NCBI RefSeq assembly: GCF_009914755.1
Contig: NC_060929.1
DNA from: the human T2T-CHM13v2.0 reference genome, Homo sapiens
Reading direction: 5' to 3' (one strand)
Length of the DNA: 64,000 nt
The position numbers and the translations under genes were made by a program. Under the pieces are notes generated by a model that made no database searches, was not told the origin of the DNA, and saw only the letters and a program-made list of their open reading frames with translations. Shown in pieces: positions 42,665 through 55,580 of the stretch; the first letter of the stretch is position 1; every line of letters starts with the position of its first letter.

Positions 42665-45600
42665 CTCTAACCCGGAGACATGGTCTGCATCTCCCACACA
42701 CAAGGGAGAAATTCTGCTTATGCTTCACATTATTCCATCCTAAGTACTTCTCCCAGCACCAAGAACAAACAGCCCTGTTCACTTCCACCTCTATGCCTCT
42801 GTTCTTGATTTTCCTATAAAGCACTTCCTTCTTTACCATTTTAACTTCTTGTCCTTCAAATCTCACTAGAAATTTCAACTGCTTAAAGAGGTTTTCCTGG
42901 TTTTATCATATCAATTTTATCATTGTGAGAATGCCTGGTGAATAAATATATGAGTCATCCTAATAATTATTCACATAACATCTACTATTATAATACCTTA
43001 CACTAGTATAATGCTACTGCTTCACAAATAAGTTCTTACCTAAACAGTCTATTCTTAAAGTATACAGATCCTATATTTCTTATATCCCAGAAGCAACTAG
43101 CAACCTGCTAAAGCTAAGGTAGATTCTAAATTTTTAATATTTGATATCACAAAAAGTAATTCAATCTTAGCTTTTGCAGACAAAATAAGTTCAAAAAGTA
43201 ATATCCTAGAAGGAGATCTTTTTAATTACTCTAACAGGTTAAGTGTATAACCACCACACTTTTCTGCCCTGGAAGGCCCTAAAGGTAAGTTTTTTAATTA
43301 TAGCCTAGAGCATTATTACTTACAGCTTAGAAAACAGAGGGGAAAAAAAAAAGGCATGATCTTAAAGCAATTATAACTTTTGTGTCATTTCTCCAAGTCT
43401 TTTTATATAGTATGCTTTGACAAAGTTATAATCAGTATATATATAACTGTTTCCTGCTTTTCACCTACATCTTGGGCATTCTGTCATGTGTTATTACATC
43501 GTCTGCATAGTTTCTGTAACTACACAGATTCTACATAATCCTTCTTAATGGTTTTATGGTGAAAGTTCAAGCAAGGGAGCAAGTCATACATTACATAAAC
43601 ATTTCCCCGTTGATGGACATCTGCACTGCTTCAGAATTTTTACTATTAAAATTAATGCTTAAAAAACTATAAGGACAGATAACAGAGCAGTGATTGGCAA
43701 GGGCTGGGGGCTAGGAGAGGGGTTTAATGCAAAGGAGCATGAAGGACATTTTTGTTCTTACCTTTAATAAATGCGTAGTATATGTTTGTCAAAAATTACA
43801 GTACTGTACACTAAAAAGTATGAATTTTATTGCATGTAAATAAGTCAATAAACAAATGACAAAAAAATTAACGCCTACCTAAAATAGAATCACAAATGTG
43901 TGATGGCTTAATAGACATCTTCAATTCACTACCAATGGGATTATAAAAATTGTTTAAAGTTCCACTTTATAGTATTCTTTCTACTACTAAAATTAACTTT
44001 TTAATTTATATTACCTCTATTCCTTGGTAAATAGAATATTTTCTCATATCTGTTTATAAACTTTATTTTCTTTTATGCCATGTCTATGTTTCAGTTTCTG
44101 AGATTAATCTGGCTTTCTATGTATAAGCACTTTATAAAATGATAACCAGTTTGTTAAATTTACCGTAAATATTTTGCTATGTCAGTTTTTTCAAGTGCTA
44201 GATATGCTATAAGTATTAAATGTAATTTTTTGTGAAAAAGTATAACAAGCCAAATTTAAAAAGTGAGTTACCAGGGTCTTGTGACTAGTATGTACTGTTA
44301 CATGCCAAAGATCATTAAAATCATATTTTCTTTTTTGCTAGTTAACATAATTGATTTAAAGTTTTGGTGCATAACGATATATGCCAAGTACTATAGATTT
44401 AGCTCAAGAATTTTCTCTGGGTTACACAGGCCCTTTAAAAACATTCCCATAATACAGCGATCGTACTTCCCAAAGATTTTCCATCTCCACATCATGTCTT
44501 CTTTTCGCATTCTCAGAATGAGAAAGACAATGAACAATAAAACAACACAAAGTTCAAAAATAAATATTACCAGGAATCTGAGATGAAATTAAGGATATGC
44601 AGCAATGAAATTTAATGAATTTACCTTTGGCTAAAGAAAAAAAAGGAAGAGAAAAAGAAAAACATATTATATTAAACAATTCTCAATGCCTGATTAAGAA
44701 AAAGTTCATTTGGAGAAAAAAAATATTCTGGCACTGAATTCATAAAAAAAAAAAATTTCATGATTTCTCAAAAGACATGTTTGTTAAATGGGCATTTCTT
44801 AGAAATCCGGTTAGTGGCACAACATTAAGTATTAATTCTGTTAAAGCATTTCTCTAGAAAGCTAAAACAGTATGATACGAATACATTAATTTTCAAATTC
44901 ATAATTTAACACAAAAACAATGCAAAGAAAATCTGGAAGAATGAAAAGTGCCATTTTCACTGGGATGCTTCTGGGATGAATATTAAGGTCAGGAAACTAT
45001 GGTAAGTGCTCGTGCATTAAAGGGTGGTAGTATTCCTCAAGAAGCATCTGAAGTGCCAATCTTCACTGCTGTTAATTTTAAAGACACCTGTAATCTTTTA
45101 ATAGCAGGTGAGTAAGACATTAAAAATTCATGTTCAACTGTGAAGCTTAGGTGCCTAGGAATAGAATCAACATTTTTTTCAAATTAGGTAACCCAAAAAC
45201 ATAGCTGTATTTTGAGGAAGAACTAGTTAGAGGCCTAAGAATTATCTGGGTCCAAACCAAACGTTTTGAGTTTGATAAGGGCAAGTGATTGTTACCAACC
45301 AACCATCTAAATCATAAAAGAGCTTCAACATAACATATAAATATCTCAATTTAGATAAAATTACCAAGATTCACCAGGATCAAGTCAGTTTCTAAACCAC
45401 CCTCACGGAGTAGACAGAATTTACTGCTCTTTATAAAAAAACAAAAATGTCCTCCTAAGGACTGCAAAATATTTAACAAACACAGTAGATTCTGCCGTTT
45501 GTAAATTCCTCATGTATTTCAAGCTTTGTGTGTGTGTTTAGCATAAGTCAAATAAAGCTGTGCTTCTCAAACTTTCATGTATAAAATCACCAGAGAATCA

Positions 45601-46039
45601 TAATAAAATGCAGATTTTGATTCAGATCATCTAGGCTGGATCCAAGTGATACCTACGCTGCTGGTCCTTGAGTAGCAAGAAAATAGAGAAGGATTCTTAT
45701 TTTCTTGTTTGCTATATAGATACTTGCCACATAGCTAATATATCTAATAGCAATATCAAGTCATATGAACATAAATTTAAAAGGAGGGCTAGGTCACAGC
45801 CCTGTTTTACACCATATAGAAATAAAATTGTATCATTCCTCTTTACTCTAAGTTTAACCATATGCCAAAGCAGGAAGGGGTTGTGTTTTACAATTAGATT
45901 ACAAAGTTTCATCCATGGAAAAGTTCCTGCATAGTAAATGGCATAGTATCAGTAAATTCTGCAGTCTATTCCTAACAATTTTCTTGTTTAAGTAAGACAT
46001 TATATAAGTGACACATAAATTTCCTTAAAAATCCGTTTG

Positions 46040-47045
46040 TAAAATAAAAATCCAAATTGGTATAAACACCACCATCAAAAAAGTTAAAAAAAAAAAAAAA
46101 CAAACACAGAATGAGAGAAAATATTTGCAAATGATATATCTGATAAAAGACATACATAAGAATATATAAACAACTCTTACAGTTCAGTAATACAAAGATA
46201 ACCCAGTTATAAAACATGCAAAGGTTAATGAAGAAACTCCTCCAAAGAAAATAGAGACAGAGAGAGCCAATAACCACACGAATTAAGTACATGAAAAAAT
46301 GCTCAACGTCATTAGCGATTGGAGAAATATAAATCAAAATCACAATGAGATATCACTACACACTTCCTAAAATGGCTATATTAAAAAAGAAGAAGAAGAA
46401 GAACAAGTGTTGGAGAGGGTGTGGAGAAACTGGAACTCTTCTTACATTGCTGACAGGAATGTAAACTGGTACAACTGCTTTGAAAAACAGTTTAACGGTT
46501 CCTGTTAAAAGAGTTACCATACAACCCAATAATGCCACTCCTAGGTATGTGCCTGAGAGAAATGAAAACATATATCCACAGAAGAATTTATCCATGAATA
46601 GCTAAAAAGTATAAACAACCCAAATGCCCATCAACTGCTGAATGAATAAAAGTGATATATCTATTTCAATGGAATATTATTCTGCAATAAAAAGAAAAGC
46701 ACTCATACATGCTACAAAATGGATGAACCTTGAAAACATTACACTAAGTAACAAGACAACTCACAAAAGACTACATATTATGTGATTCCATTTAAATTAA
46801 ATGTCCAGAACAGGCAAACTTAAGACAGAAAAGAGATTACTGGTTGCCTAAGACTAGTGCAGTTTCAGGGGAATGAGGAGGGATAGGAGGGAGTGACTCT
46901 TAATGGATATGAGATTTTTTCCGGGGGTGATGAAAAGCTGATAGTTGTGATGGTTGTATAACCCCGTGAACATACTGAAAAGCCATTGAATTGTATACAC
47001 TTTAAGTGGTTTTGTGAATTTTATCTCAATAAGGCTGTTTTAAAA
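46040..47045 (+). mobile_element. L1MB-type 3' end
   Basis: gagaaaatatttgcaaat, aaatcaaaatcacaatgagatatcactacaca, tggatgaaccttgaaaacattacactaag, tatctcaataaggctg. Confidence 0.85.
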
Positions 47046-50000
47046 ATCCAATTAAAATAAAAATATTATATTTTTGGTGAAAGTATAAGTGTTGACTGAT
47101 AGAAGCAGCAATTAGAGGGTCTTTTATTATAATACATTTATTTGGAAAGACACAAAAACAGTCCTCATCTCTCTTTCTTCAGCCTACTATGCTTGGCACC
47201 AACCCATTCCTTCCTCAACTTTGTAGCTGGGGTTGGGCTGAGTACAGAGGTGGTCCACTTGTAAGATGAGGATAGGGTGTGTGGTTCAATTGCACAATAA
47301 TGCTGATTCCAAGTATTTTATTCCCTGAATAACTAACAGGTGTAGGTTGATGGAGGAGGTAAGAAGGGATAAAGGGAAAAAAACAACTTAGGGTATCAAA
47401 GGAGCACTAGAAGAAGGATTCTCTGCTTAGAATGTTTCCCTTCCCCATGTGTAGTCTATCATGAGAGATACTCAAGAACAGAAGTTCAAAAAAAAGGAAA
47501 TTAAAAAAAAGAAGATAAATTGTGCCAAGACTACTTACTATGTGCCCTCCCTTCATTAATTCTTTGTATAAGGCACTGAGCAAAGAACAAACAGAAATTT
47601 AACAATAAAGGTCCTTGAGCTTACAACAAAGTTAAACGCTAAAAAATATCTGCATCCAAAGAGGTAAGATGCATTCTTATAACCTGAGGGAGATGAAGAA
47701 TTGCATTTGAAATGAGTCTCGATGTTAAGTAGAATTTTCAAGGCTAAGAGCACTGGAGCTAAGGGATGAGGACTAAAAGCAACTAATTATGTGTAAAAAA
47801 CTCATCTAATGACAGAAAACTTCAACATTATAATTCCCTGTCCTCTAGTTCACAGACTCCCTGTTCAATCACAGCTCTTCCCAAAGGGAGGAAAAAAAGA
47901 AGGAAGACATGTTCTGATCAGATTTGCATCCAACTGACTTTTTCATCTGGGTCTCTCCCTATCTCTTCCACTTCTATCTTCCATCACATACATTCCTGCT
48001 GCCTCAACAGCATAAATCTATGTAATGCCCTGGGTTTCCTGAATTTTATTTCAAACAAACATATTTTATCAACCAATCAATGAAAATCTGATAAAAAATG
48101 AACCAGTGAAGGAACTACATTGTACCCGAAGGCCAGTAAGTGAAACGTAACTTCTATCTTAAGCTCATGTTACTGCCACGAACAATATGAACAGCAGTAG
48201 TGCTCAGGATCTACTCATTCTCACCAAACTGCTCAATTCTGTGAGGATTCACAGTTCAAAATCCAATCTCCAGGGACAAAGGACCACATGGATATTTCCC
48301 TACTGGACTCAATTTGCACACCATCTACAGCTTAGTTTATCCAACTAAGATACTAATTCTTCCCAAGGACACAGAAAAGTGTGCCAGGGGATACAAGAGG
48401 GAAAAGAATGAACACAGAGCAACTTACAGGAGTAACTTCATAATTTGGGATTAAAGTGTTAATGACTTCAACTAGTAAGTTATTTAAACATTACTCAATC
48501 AAAATAAATATAGATATATTAGAATAAGTCCCTCCCTTCCCCCTTTTATTTTTCTCTGTAAGTAGGTGTGCTGAGGTAACCAACAGCTGAGAAGAGTTTT
48601 CAAAGTCAAGAAGGAAAAGAGAACTTCAGCTTTCAACACTCAGATAGTACTAAAGTATACTAAAATAACCTAGAATGACATCAATCATTATCTTAGTCTA
48701 TCTGAATACCAACAGTTTTTAGTTTACAAGAGAGATTTTCTCATTTGAGATTCTTGTGCATTTACAGTGGGGAATTAAATAAGATTTTTCTTTAGCATTT
48801 CCTTGACTAAAATACATCTATATTCTAAATGCCCATTCTATGAGAGAGAAATAATATAAAGCCTTGGATTTGCTTTAAACTACTATAGAAAACAAAAGGA
48901 AAGTAGAAACTTTTTTTTAAACTTTAGCAAATGGGTAATTGTTGAAGTAAGATGATGAATACATAGTGGTTCAATGTATTCTCTCTGTGTAAGTTAGAAA
49001 ATTTCCATAATGAAAAGGCAAATAATCTGTCTGAACTAGTTCTCTCAAACCCTTTTAATGCTAGCAATCCTTGCCACATGCCTACATGAATTTCTCCCTT
49101 TTCTGAACCCCTATATTCTACCTGTGCTACTCATTTTTGTCCAACTACTGTCTTACTTTGTTACTTCAAGTCTTCATGCATGTATTTATTTCCCTACAGA
49201 AAGGCCTATAAAACATAGTGCTTGCCATCAAGGAGCTTATAATCTTTCCTCTCTTAAATCCAACATGTCCACTCAACAAGCTCATTTAGGGCCAGATACT
49301 CTTCCTAATGCATGGGGTAAAAACACTAGGTCTTTAGCCTCAAAGACTATGTAGTAGAATGCGGTTAGATGTCACAGTGTTGTAGTAGAATGCAGTTAGA
49401 TAAGTTTCTCTGAAAACAAACAAGCAAACAAACAAACCACTCCAGTTAGTCCCCTGCTGAAAAACTTTTACTGGCATGAAAAATAAAATCCAACTCCTGT
49501 ACCTAGATTAAATGTCCTTTAAAATTCAGCCCTGAGTGCCTTTTAGTTCTAATATGCCTACTTTCCAATTCCTGGACCCTCCAAGCATATTCTTCAAAGT
49601 GCCTTTCCTTATGCCATTTCCTAAACCTTCAAAACTGCCAAAACCCTTCCACAGATCCACATCCCAATAAACTTTCTGCAGATCTAAACCCCAACCTGTC
49701 CATAGATCTAAACCCCAAAATTCAAAGCCCTGTTTAACTTCTACTTTCTCCATGAAGCATTCCTAGTCAGTACACCCGCTCTAAAATCCTATAGCATGGA
49801 TTGCTTATACTATTCCTTCAGAAGTTAAAAATGTGACACCTCGTATCTTCTCATAACCTCCAAAATGTCCCACAGAATGCCTTGCCTACAGAAAGTGCAT
49901 GTTAATTACCTTATTACCAATTTATTTAATTACTTTGGGTATCTAAACTGACTGATGAATGAGGACAGAATGTCTTCTAGAGCCAGTCTCCAAATCTGAG

Positions 50001-52167
50001 CCTACAGCGTTTTCTATTGGTCTGTAGTACTGAATCAAGAACTTTTAGCTGCTCAATTTCTGTTAGAATTAGGGTGTAAAAGTGGAATTGAAGAGGACTT
50101 AACTTTGGATCTGCAAAGTTCTAAGTCCAAACAAAAACAACCCCAAAACACAAACAAAAGAACCAAAGGAGGCCAAAGATGACTATAACCATGAAGCGCT
50201 GAGATCACTGTGATAGCTCTGAGAAGGACTCACCTAATCACTACAGATTTACAGTCTAGATTCTTAAATAGGAACCAACTCCCGTCTCAAAACTCAATTG
50301 CTATGACTGTTAAACTGAAGAGGTATTCCTAAATATATCAAAGATTTTCTCCCCTTTTGGAATGCCATGGGAAAAGAAGAAAACCATTGTCCCCTCAGGT
50401 TATAAGTTGTTGGGGATAAAGCATTTCCAAATATCTAATAGAAGAAAGTACTACTGTTGCACTTACCATACTGTGGTTTAAGTATCTGCTTATGAACCTG
50501 TCTCTCCAATCAAACCATGAGCTCCTCAAGAGCAGGGAATCAAGGACTGGCTATCTTGTCTTATTGCTCTTTGTATATCCTAAGTCTAACAGCCTGGCAC
50601 ACTGCGGGACTCAACAACTGCTCTCTCAATTAGTGAATTCCACCTTAGGTTAAAACATGTTCAAAATGCCAATAGCCTGTTAAAAAGTAATGAAAAGAGG
50701 TTAAATAACATGTTCAAATATCAACCGCCTGTTTAAAAGTAATGGAATGTAGAAGTCACATGCATTTTATCTTTAAGCAGACCAAGCACAATGTACTGAC
50801 ATTTTCTTTCCTCAGAACCATTTCCAGTGAATGACACACAAAATGTCCTAAGGAATTATTCTAATTTAACTCTAGTCTTATTAATCTTTTCTACTTTTTG
50901 AATGGGGCTAAAAAAGTGGGGAAAAATCCTCTCTTGCTGCTAAATCACATCCTTCTCCAGTGTCCCTGCCTTAGTTTCAATTGGTTCCTGCTTTTGTTAC
51001 CATTAACCCATAGAAAAAAATCCAGAACCAATGAGAGAATGAGCAGTGAAGCTTCAGGATCAGAGTGGAGGAGGATGAACATGTACTTTAATCTGCCCCC
51101 AACATTCATGAAGAATCACTATGGAAATTAACAGATACCATGAAAAGGTAAAAATTCTGCACATGAAGTGACAATATCTATATGCATGTGTATGGGTATA
51201 AAGTTGAGGTTACGAGAAAACAATTTTTGGCATGAAATTGTTTTCTCATGTTATATGTAGTTTTTTTAAAGACATACATATTAGATACTGATACTGGGGA
51301 AAAAAATGACTTAGAATAAGTTTGGCCAAAAGAGAGAACAGACATACCCTCACATATAAGGCTAAAAGATGATAGTGGTGATAAAGGGAACATTGTTTTG
51401 AAAGAGCTCAAAGGTAATCAAGTTAAATACTGTTCACAGCTTCTCAGGAGAAAATGCTGAAAAAATCTGAGCTATTTATATTAGAGTTCTCTCATATACT
51501 ATATCTCCACAAGTACATAAAGAAGCTTTGGAAAATATAACGGAAGTAATACCAGTTCTCATCTCTCCAATAACATAGGCTTTTAAAACATATCCCAATT
51601 TGACTTAAATATGAGTTTATCAATAATATCTACATCAAGCTGATGAATAAAAAGCCCAAAACAAAGAAACAAAAAATTCAACAAACCTAAACAAGCAGCC
51701 ATGATTTCAAACCATTCCCAATATTAACATGGTTAGTTCAGCAGTAATTTGTTGTCTTAAAACAAGCATTCTTCAAAAGAATGATAATTGTTTGGAGAAA
51801 AAAGAAAAGCCATGCTGTCATTTGATCTACCAAGCCACCTCTAAAGATAATCAGGAACAAATGAAAACACTTATTAGAAAGAATGTTTACAGAAACATTT
51901 TTTATCATACTGAAAAACTGGAAGCAACATAAAACTCCATCAGTAGAAGAGTATGCAGCTATTGAAATTAAAGAGCTATAATTGGTAATATTAAAGATAA
52001 CATTTATTAAGCTAAAAAACAGGTTATAGAACAGCATATAAAACTGCATACATATATCAGTATGCAAAATTCAGAAATATCTTTGGAAGTATTATCCCTG
52101 AGTACTGGGATTTTGTGGGATTTTTACACTTCCTCTGGAAAAAAAAATTCAGAAAAATCACAATGAT

Positions 52168-52222
52168 CTTGTATCATTTTTATAAAAGATCACACTTGTA
52201 TCATTTTTATAAAAGATCACAC
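52168..52222. repeat. Perfect 27-bp tandem duplication
   Basis: cttgtatcatttttataaaagatcaca x2 (52168-52194, 52195-52221). Confidence 0.95.
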
Positions 52223-52249
52223 AATCTACAGCAAATATGCTCAGTAACT

Positions 52250-52830
52250 ATATAGTGCCCCATAATTGTGTGGTTTAACCTTTCTGAAAGGCAGACACTA
52301 TCACAACTGCAAATGTACATTCACTTTGATTTAGCAATTCTGAACACAGGTATTTATACTACAGTTATTCTCACACAAGCGTGAAAAGACACATTTTTGT
52401 TCAAGAATGTTCACAGCAGCATTGTTTATATTAGCAAAGTACTGGATGTGACCTAAATATCAACCAATAGAGACTAGATAAATTATGTACATTCATACAA
52501 TGAAATACTGTATAGCCACAAAACAGAATGAGGTAGCTATGTGTGTTGGAGTTGAATGACATCCAAGGTTAGAAAAATAAATAAAGATAAAAAAGTATGT
52601 AATCAACCACTAGACGGAGGGCTACACAAACAAGCATGCTTGTACATAGACAAGTATGCTTGTATTTGCATAGACCAACTCTAAAAGGACACATAAAAAA
52701 CTGTAAATAGTGGTTGTCAGCGCATTAGAGATCTAGAAATCAGGAATAAGACTTTTTATTCAAATGTAAACCAACAATGTAAACCAATTTACACTGTTTG
52801 ATTTTTTTTAACATGTCTATATGCTACTTT
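52250..52830 (+). mobile_element. L1ME-type 3' fragment
   Basis: aagaatgttcacagcagcattgtttatattagcaa...ataaattatgtacattcatacaatgaaatactgtatagcc. Confidence 0.7.
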
Positions 52831-53751
52831 TAAATTTTAATGGCTTTTAAAAATTAGGTAGTGAATTATTTTGCTGTCGTATAAATAGATTCGTGTAAGG
52901 GAAGTTAAGGTTTTCAAGTATCAAAATTATGCTATCAAGGCAGTTGCTTTTAAGGGTTAAAAAAATTCTAAACTACTTTTTGCTGCTTTTAGTTTATTAC
53001 AATCAACAAAAATTATACACAATCGAAAACCGGAGCCCTTCTTCTGGACAAAGGTGTTTACACTGTTGCTAGCCAACAAATCCACATCTGTTTAATCTAG
53101 TCCTTGTTCTTCACTCTCAGTATTGAAGCAGTTTTAAAAATGTGTTTTCTCTCTTGCTATATTTAATGCATGTTCTTATAAAAGGATTATCTATTGACCA
53201 CAAACAAATATAGAATAAGGGAACAGATTTGCTCCTTTCCACTGATATTAATCCTTCCAGGTCAGTTTAGCCTAGCCTTCTCTGACAGAAAAAGTGAAAT
53301 GACTGCCTAGAACAAACAAGACCATGACTCAATAAATATAGTAATTTCTACTCCAAGGTTGTTCTAAAAAAAAAAAAAACAAAACAAAAAGCTAAGAAAA
53401 ATGTATTACATTTAACCATATTCCCAAGTAGATTAAGCATAAGCCTAAAGGCTCAGATCAGCTACCACTAACATGCTCTGTAACTCTGGGGAACCCATTT
53501 CCCAAGAATTTTAAGTTACTCCAAATAAGAGAGAAAATACTGCTTAACAGAGTAACAGAAGTCTTTTATCACACTTTTTCAATCTATTACCAAACATCAT
53601 AGAAACACTCAACAAAGTCATACTGGAAGACTTACCTAATCAAAACAGGTCTGTCAATGCTGGTTTACTCAACACCAGTGCTTATAATGATGTATCAAAC
53701 TTCCTGAAAATAAGTGGTAGACATTTAGAAAAACAAAGAAGCTGAACTCAC

Positions 53752-54295
53752 CTTTGACACTTTTTCTATTAACATCTGCCCCCTTTTCAAGTAAATACTG
53801 AGCAATCTCTTTATGTCCTTTGTAACATGAAATCATCAAGCACGTATGCCCATGTCGGTTTGACACTTCCAAATCAGCTTTGTGTTCTACAAGGTACTTC
53901 ACTATTTCCAAATGGCCATCGAAACACGCAGCTCGAAGAGGAGTTGAATTGGTTAAAGTCGTGTTGTTGACAGATGCTCCATGATTTAACAAGGACTGGA
54001 CCACCTTCAGATGTCCTGCTGCAGAAGCGGCCCATAAAGGGGGAGCCCCCTCAATGGTTTCGCCATCAAAATTGACGGAGCCCCCAACTTCTATGGAGGC
54101 ACTGCATTGCTCTAGGAGGAATTCCACCATGTCAAGGTGCCCATACCTGGCGGCCATCAAGAGTGGCGTGGCCCCATTTGTTTTTTCAGAGATCAAGGAG
54201 GAAACCTCCTCTTTGGATTTGCTTGCCAACAATTTGGTGAGAAGCCGGAGTTTGCCATCCCGAGCTGCGTTAAATACTGCTGTCTTTAGATCCAT
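53752..54295 (-). CDS. FEM1C: FEM1C coding exon (exon 2): N-terminal ankyrin repeats, codons 1-181 plus 1 nt
   Basis: Translation MDLKTAVFNAARDGKLRLL...GATPLLMAARYGHL...TPLRAACFDGHLEIVKYLVE is the FEM1 ankyrin N-terminus. ATG at 54295-54293. Donor AAAG|GTGAGT after 53752 (phase 1, 544 nt). Confidence 0.97.
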
Positions 54296-54485
54296 TTATG
54301 TCCAGTTGAGAGGCTGTGCTTTATTTATCTTTCAAAGCAGAGCTCCAGTTTAACTCTATCGACACAGGCAAGAGTCACAGGAACCAAAGTCCAATGTTAA
54401 TTGCTGCACCCCAGAACGGATACACAACCACGAAGAGTATGTTCCGTCCTACTGCTTTCCAACATCTGACAACCAGGGCACCAAA
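54296..54485 (-). other. FEM1C: FEM1C exon 2 5'UTR portion (190 nt)
   Basis: Acceptor TTTTTTTTTCTTTCTCTAG| ends at 54486 on the minus strand, upstream of the ATG. Confidence 0.85.
54397..54465 (-). other. uORF2 in exon 2 leader (22 aa, MLESSRTEHTLRGCVSVLGCSN)
   Basis: ATG at 54465-54463 in weak context (CAG-ATG-T); TAA at 54399-54397. Confidence 0.55.
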
Positions 54486-55324
54486 CTAGAGAAAGAAAAA
54501 AAAAGTAGCAGCATTTAATTTTCTATAGAAGAAGGCAAAACACTTCTTAATTTCCACTTCTGTGGGAAGAAAGGAATAAAAGCTATACTTCAGGCACTAC
54601 TCCATCCCACACACCCCCCCCACCCCCAAAGAAAAGGTGGTAAAGAAAAATACAGAAGGATACACAGAGACCCAAATGTTCTGGTCGCAGGCAGTCTCCT
54701 CCATGTGCGGAAAATTTAAACACTACAGGCAGCCCGTTTTCTCGCCTCCAGCTCTAACCAGCCAAGCTTTGTTCTAGTTTTGCTTTGCACACGCCCAGGG
54801 AGAGTACAACCGAAAGAGGCAGGAGACTCGGGTTCAGAAATGTTTCTCTTTCTTGCAACTGCAGGAGAGCTGGCCAAGGGCGCCAGGCTGGAAGGCCTGA
54901 GGCCGGGTTTCGAGAAAGAACAAAAAGGTCGGACACACCAAACCCCGGCTAAGGCCAAAACTGTGCCCCGAAAGATTCTCTTTCCTTTAAAACTACTCAC
55001 GGCTCTCAGGAAATCCGCCTGCCTTTTAGTCATTAACTTCGCCCGCCCCATTTCGATCACCCCCCACCCCCCGCCAAGGGATGATCCGCAGGTTCCTCAA
55101 ACCACAGTCGCCCCAACACAACCTTCCCCTCTCCCTGTTCCAGACAACGGCAGCCCCCTCCCAATCTCCTCCATCGACCACAACCCCCTCCCGATGGGCC
55201 AAGCTGTGGCCTCCAGCCCGCTGCCCGCCTTCGGCTCCCCCGGCGCCCTCCTTCCCGCCCAGGCCTTCCGCGGGCACCTCAGGCCCCGGCCCGAGCCCTG
55301 GCAGGCCGCTGCCGCCGCCACTAC

Positions 55325-55580
55325 CTGCCCGGGGACTAGTCCTCCCCGCCGCCGCTGGTCACTCGGGCTTTGTCCGTCCCCTTCAAAGGGAAACCGTTGT
55401 CCCCACCGCCGCCCGGGCCGCCCTGCTCCGCCTGCGGCCGCACAGCTCCTCCATGCTCCGCGCCCCAAAGGAATGAATCCGGCCGCGCTGTTCGCCACGC
55501 CCCGCCACCCGAGCTGCCTCCCGCCCTTAGTCGGCTCGGACTGCAGCGGCTGCAGCGACTGCTGCGACGGATGGTGTAAT
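55325..55580 (-). other. FEM1C: FEM1C non-coding exon 1 (5' boundary approximate)
   Basis: Donor CAG|GTAGTG at 55325/55324 inside the CpG island, downstream of CCAAT and GC boxes. The TSS is inferred, not visible. Confidence 0.7.
55383..55454 (-). other. uORF1 in exon 1 (23 aa, MEELCGRRRSRAARAAVGTTVSL)
   Basis: AGC-ATG-G context; open to TGA at 55385-55383. Depends on the TSS lying upstream of 55454. Confidence 0.55.

Noticed and set aside
49350-52222. Short direct repeats with spacers considered as CRISPR-like arrays
   Set aside because: Only two copies each, the units are unrelated, the context is eukaryotic and there are no cas genes.
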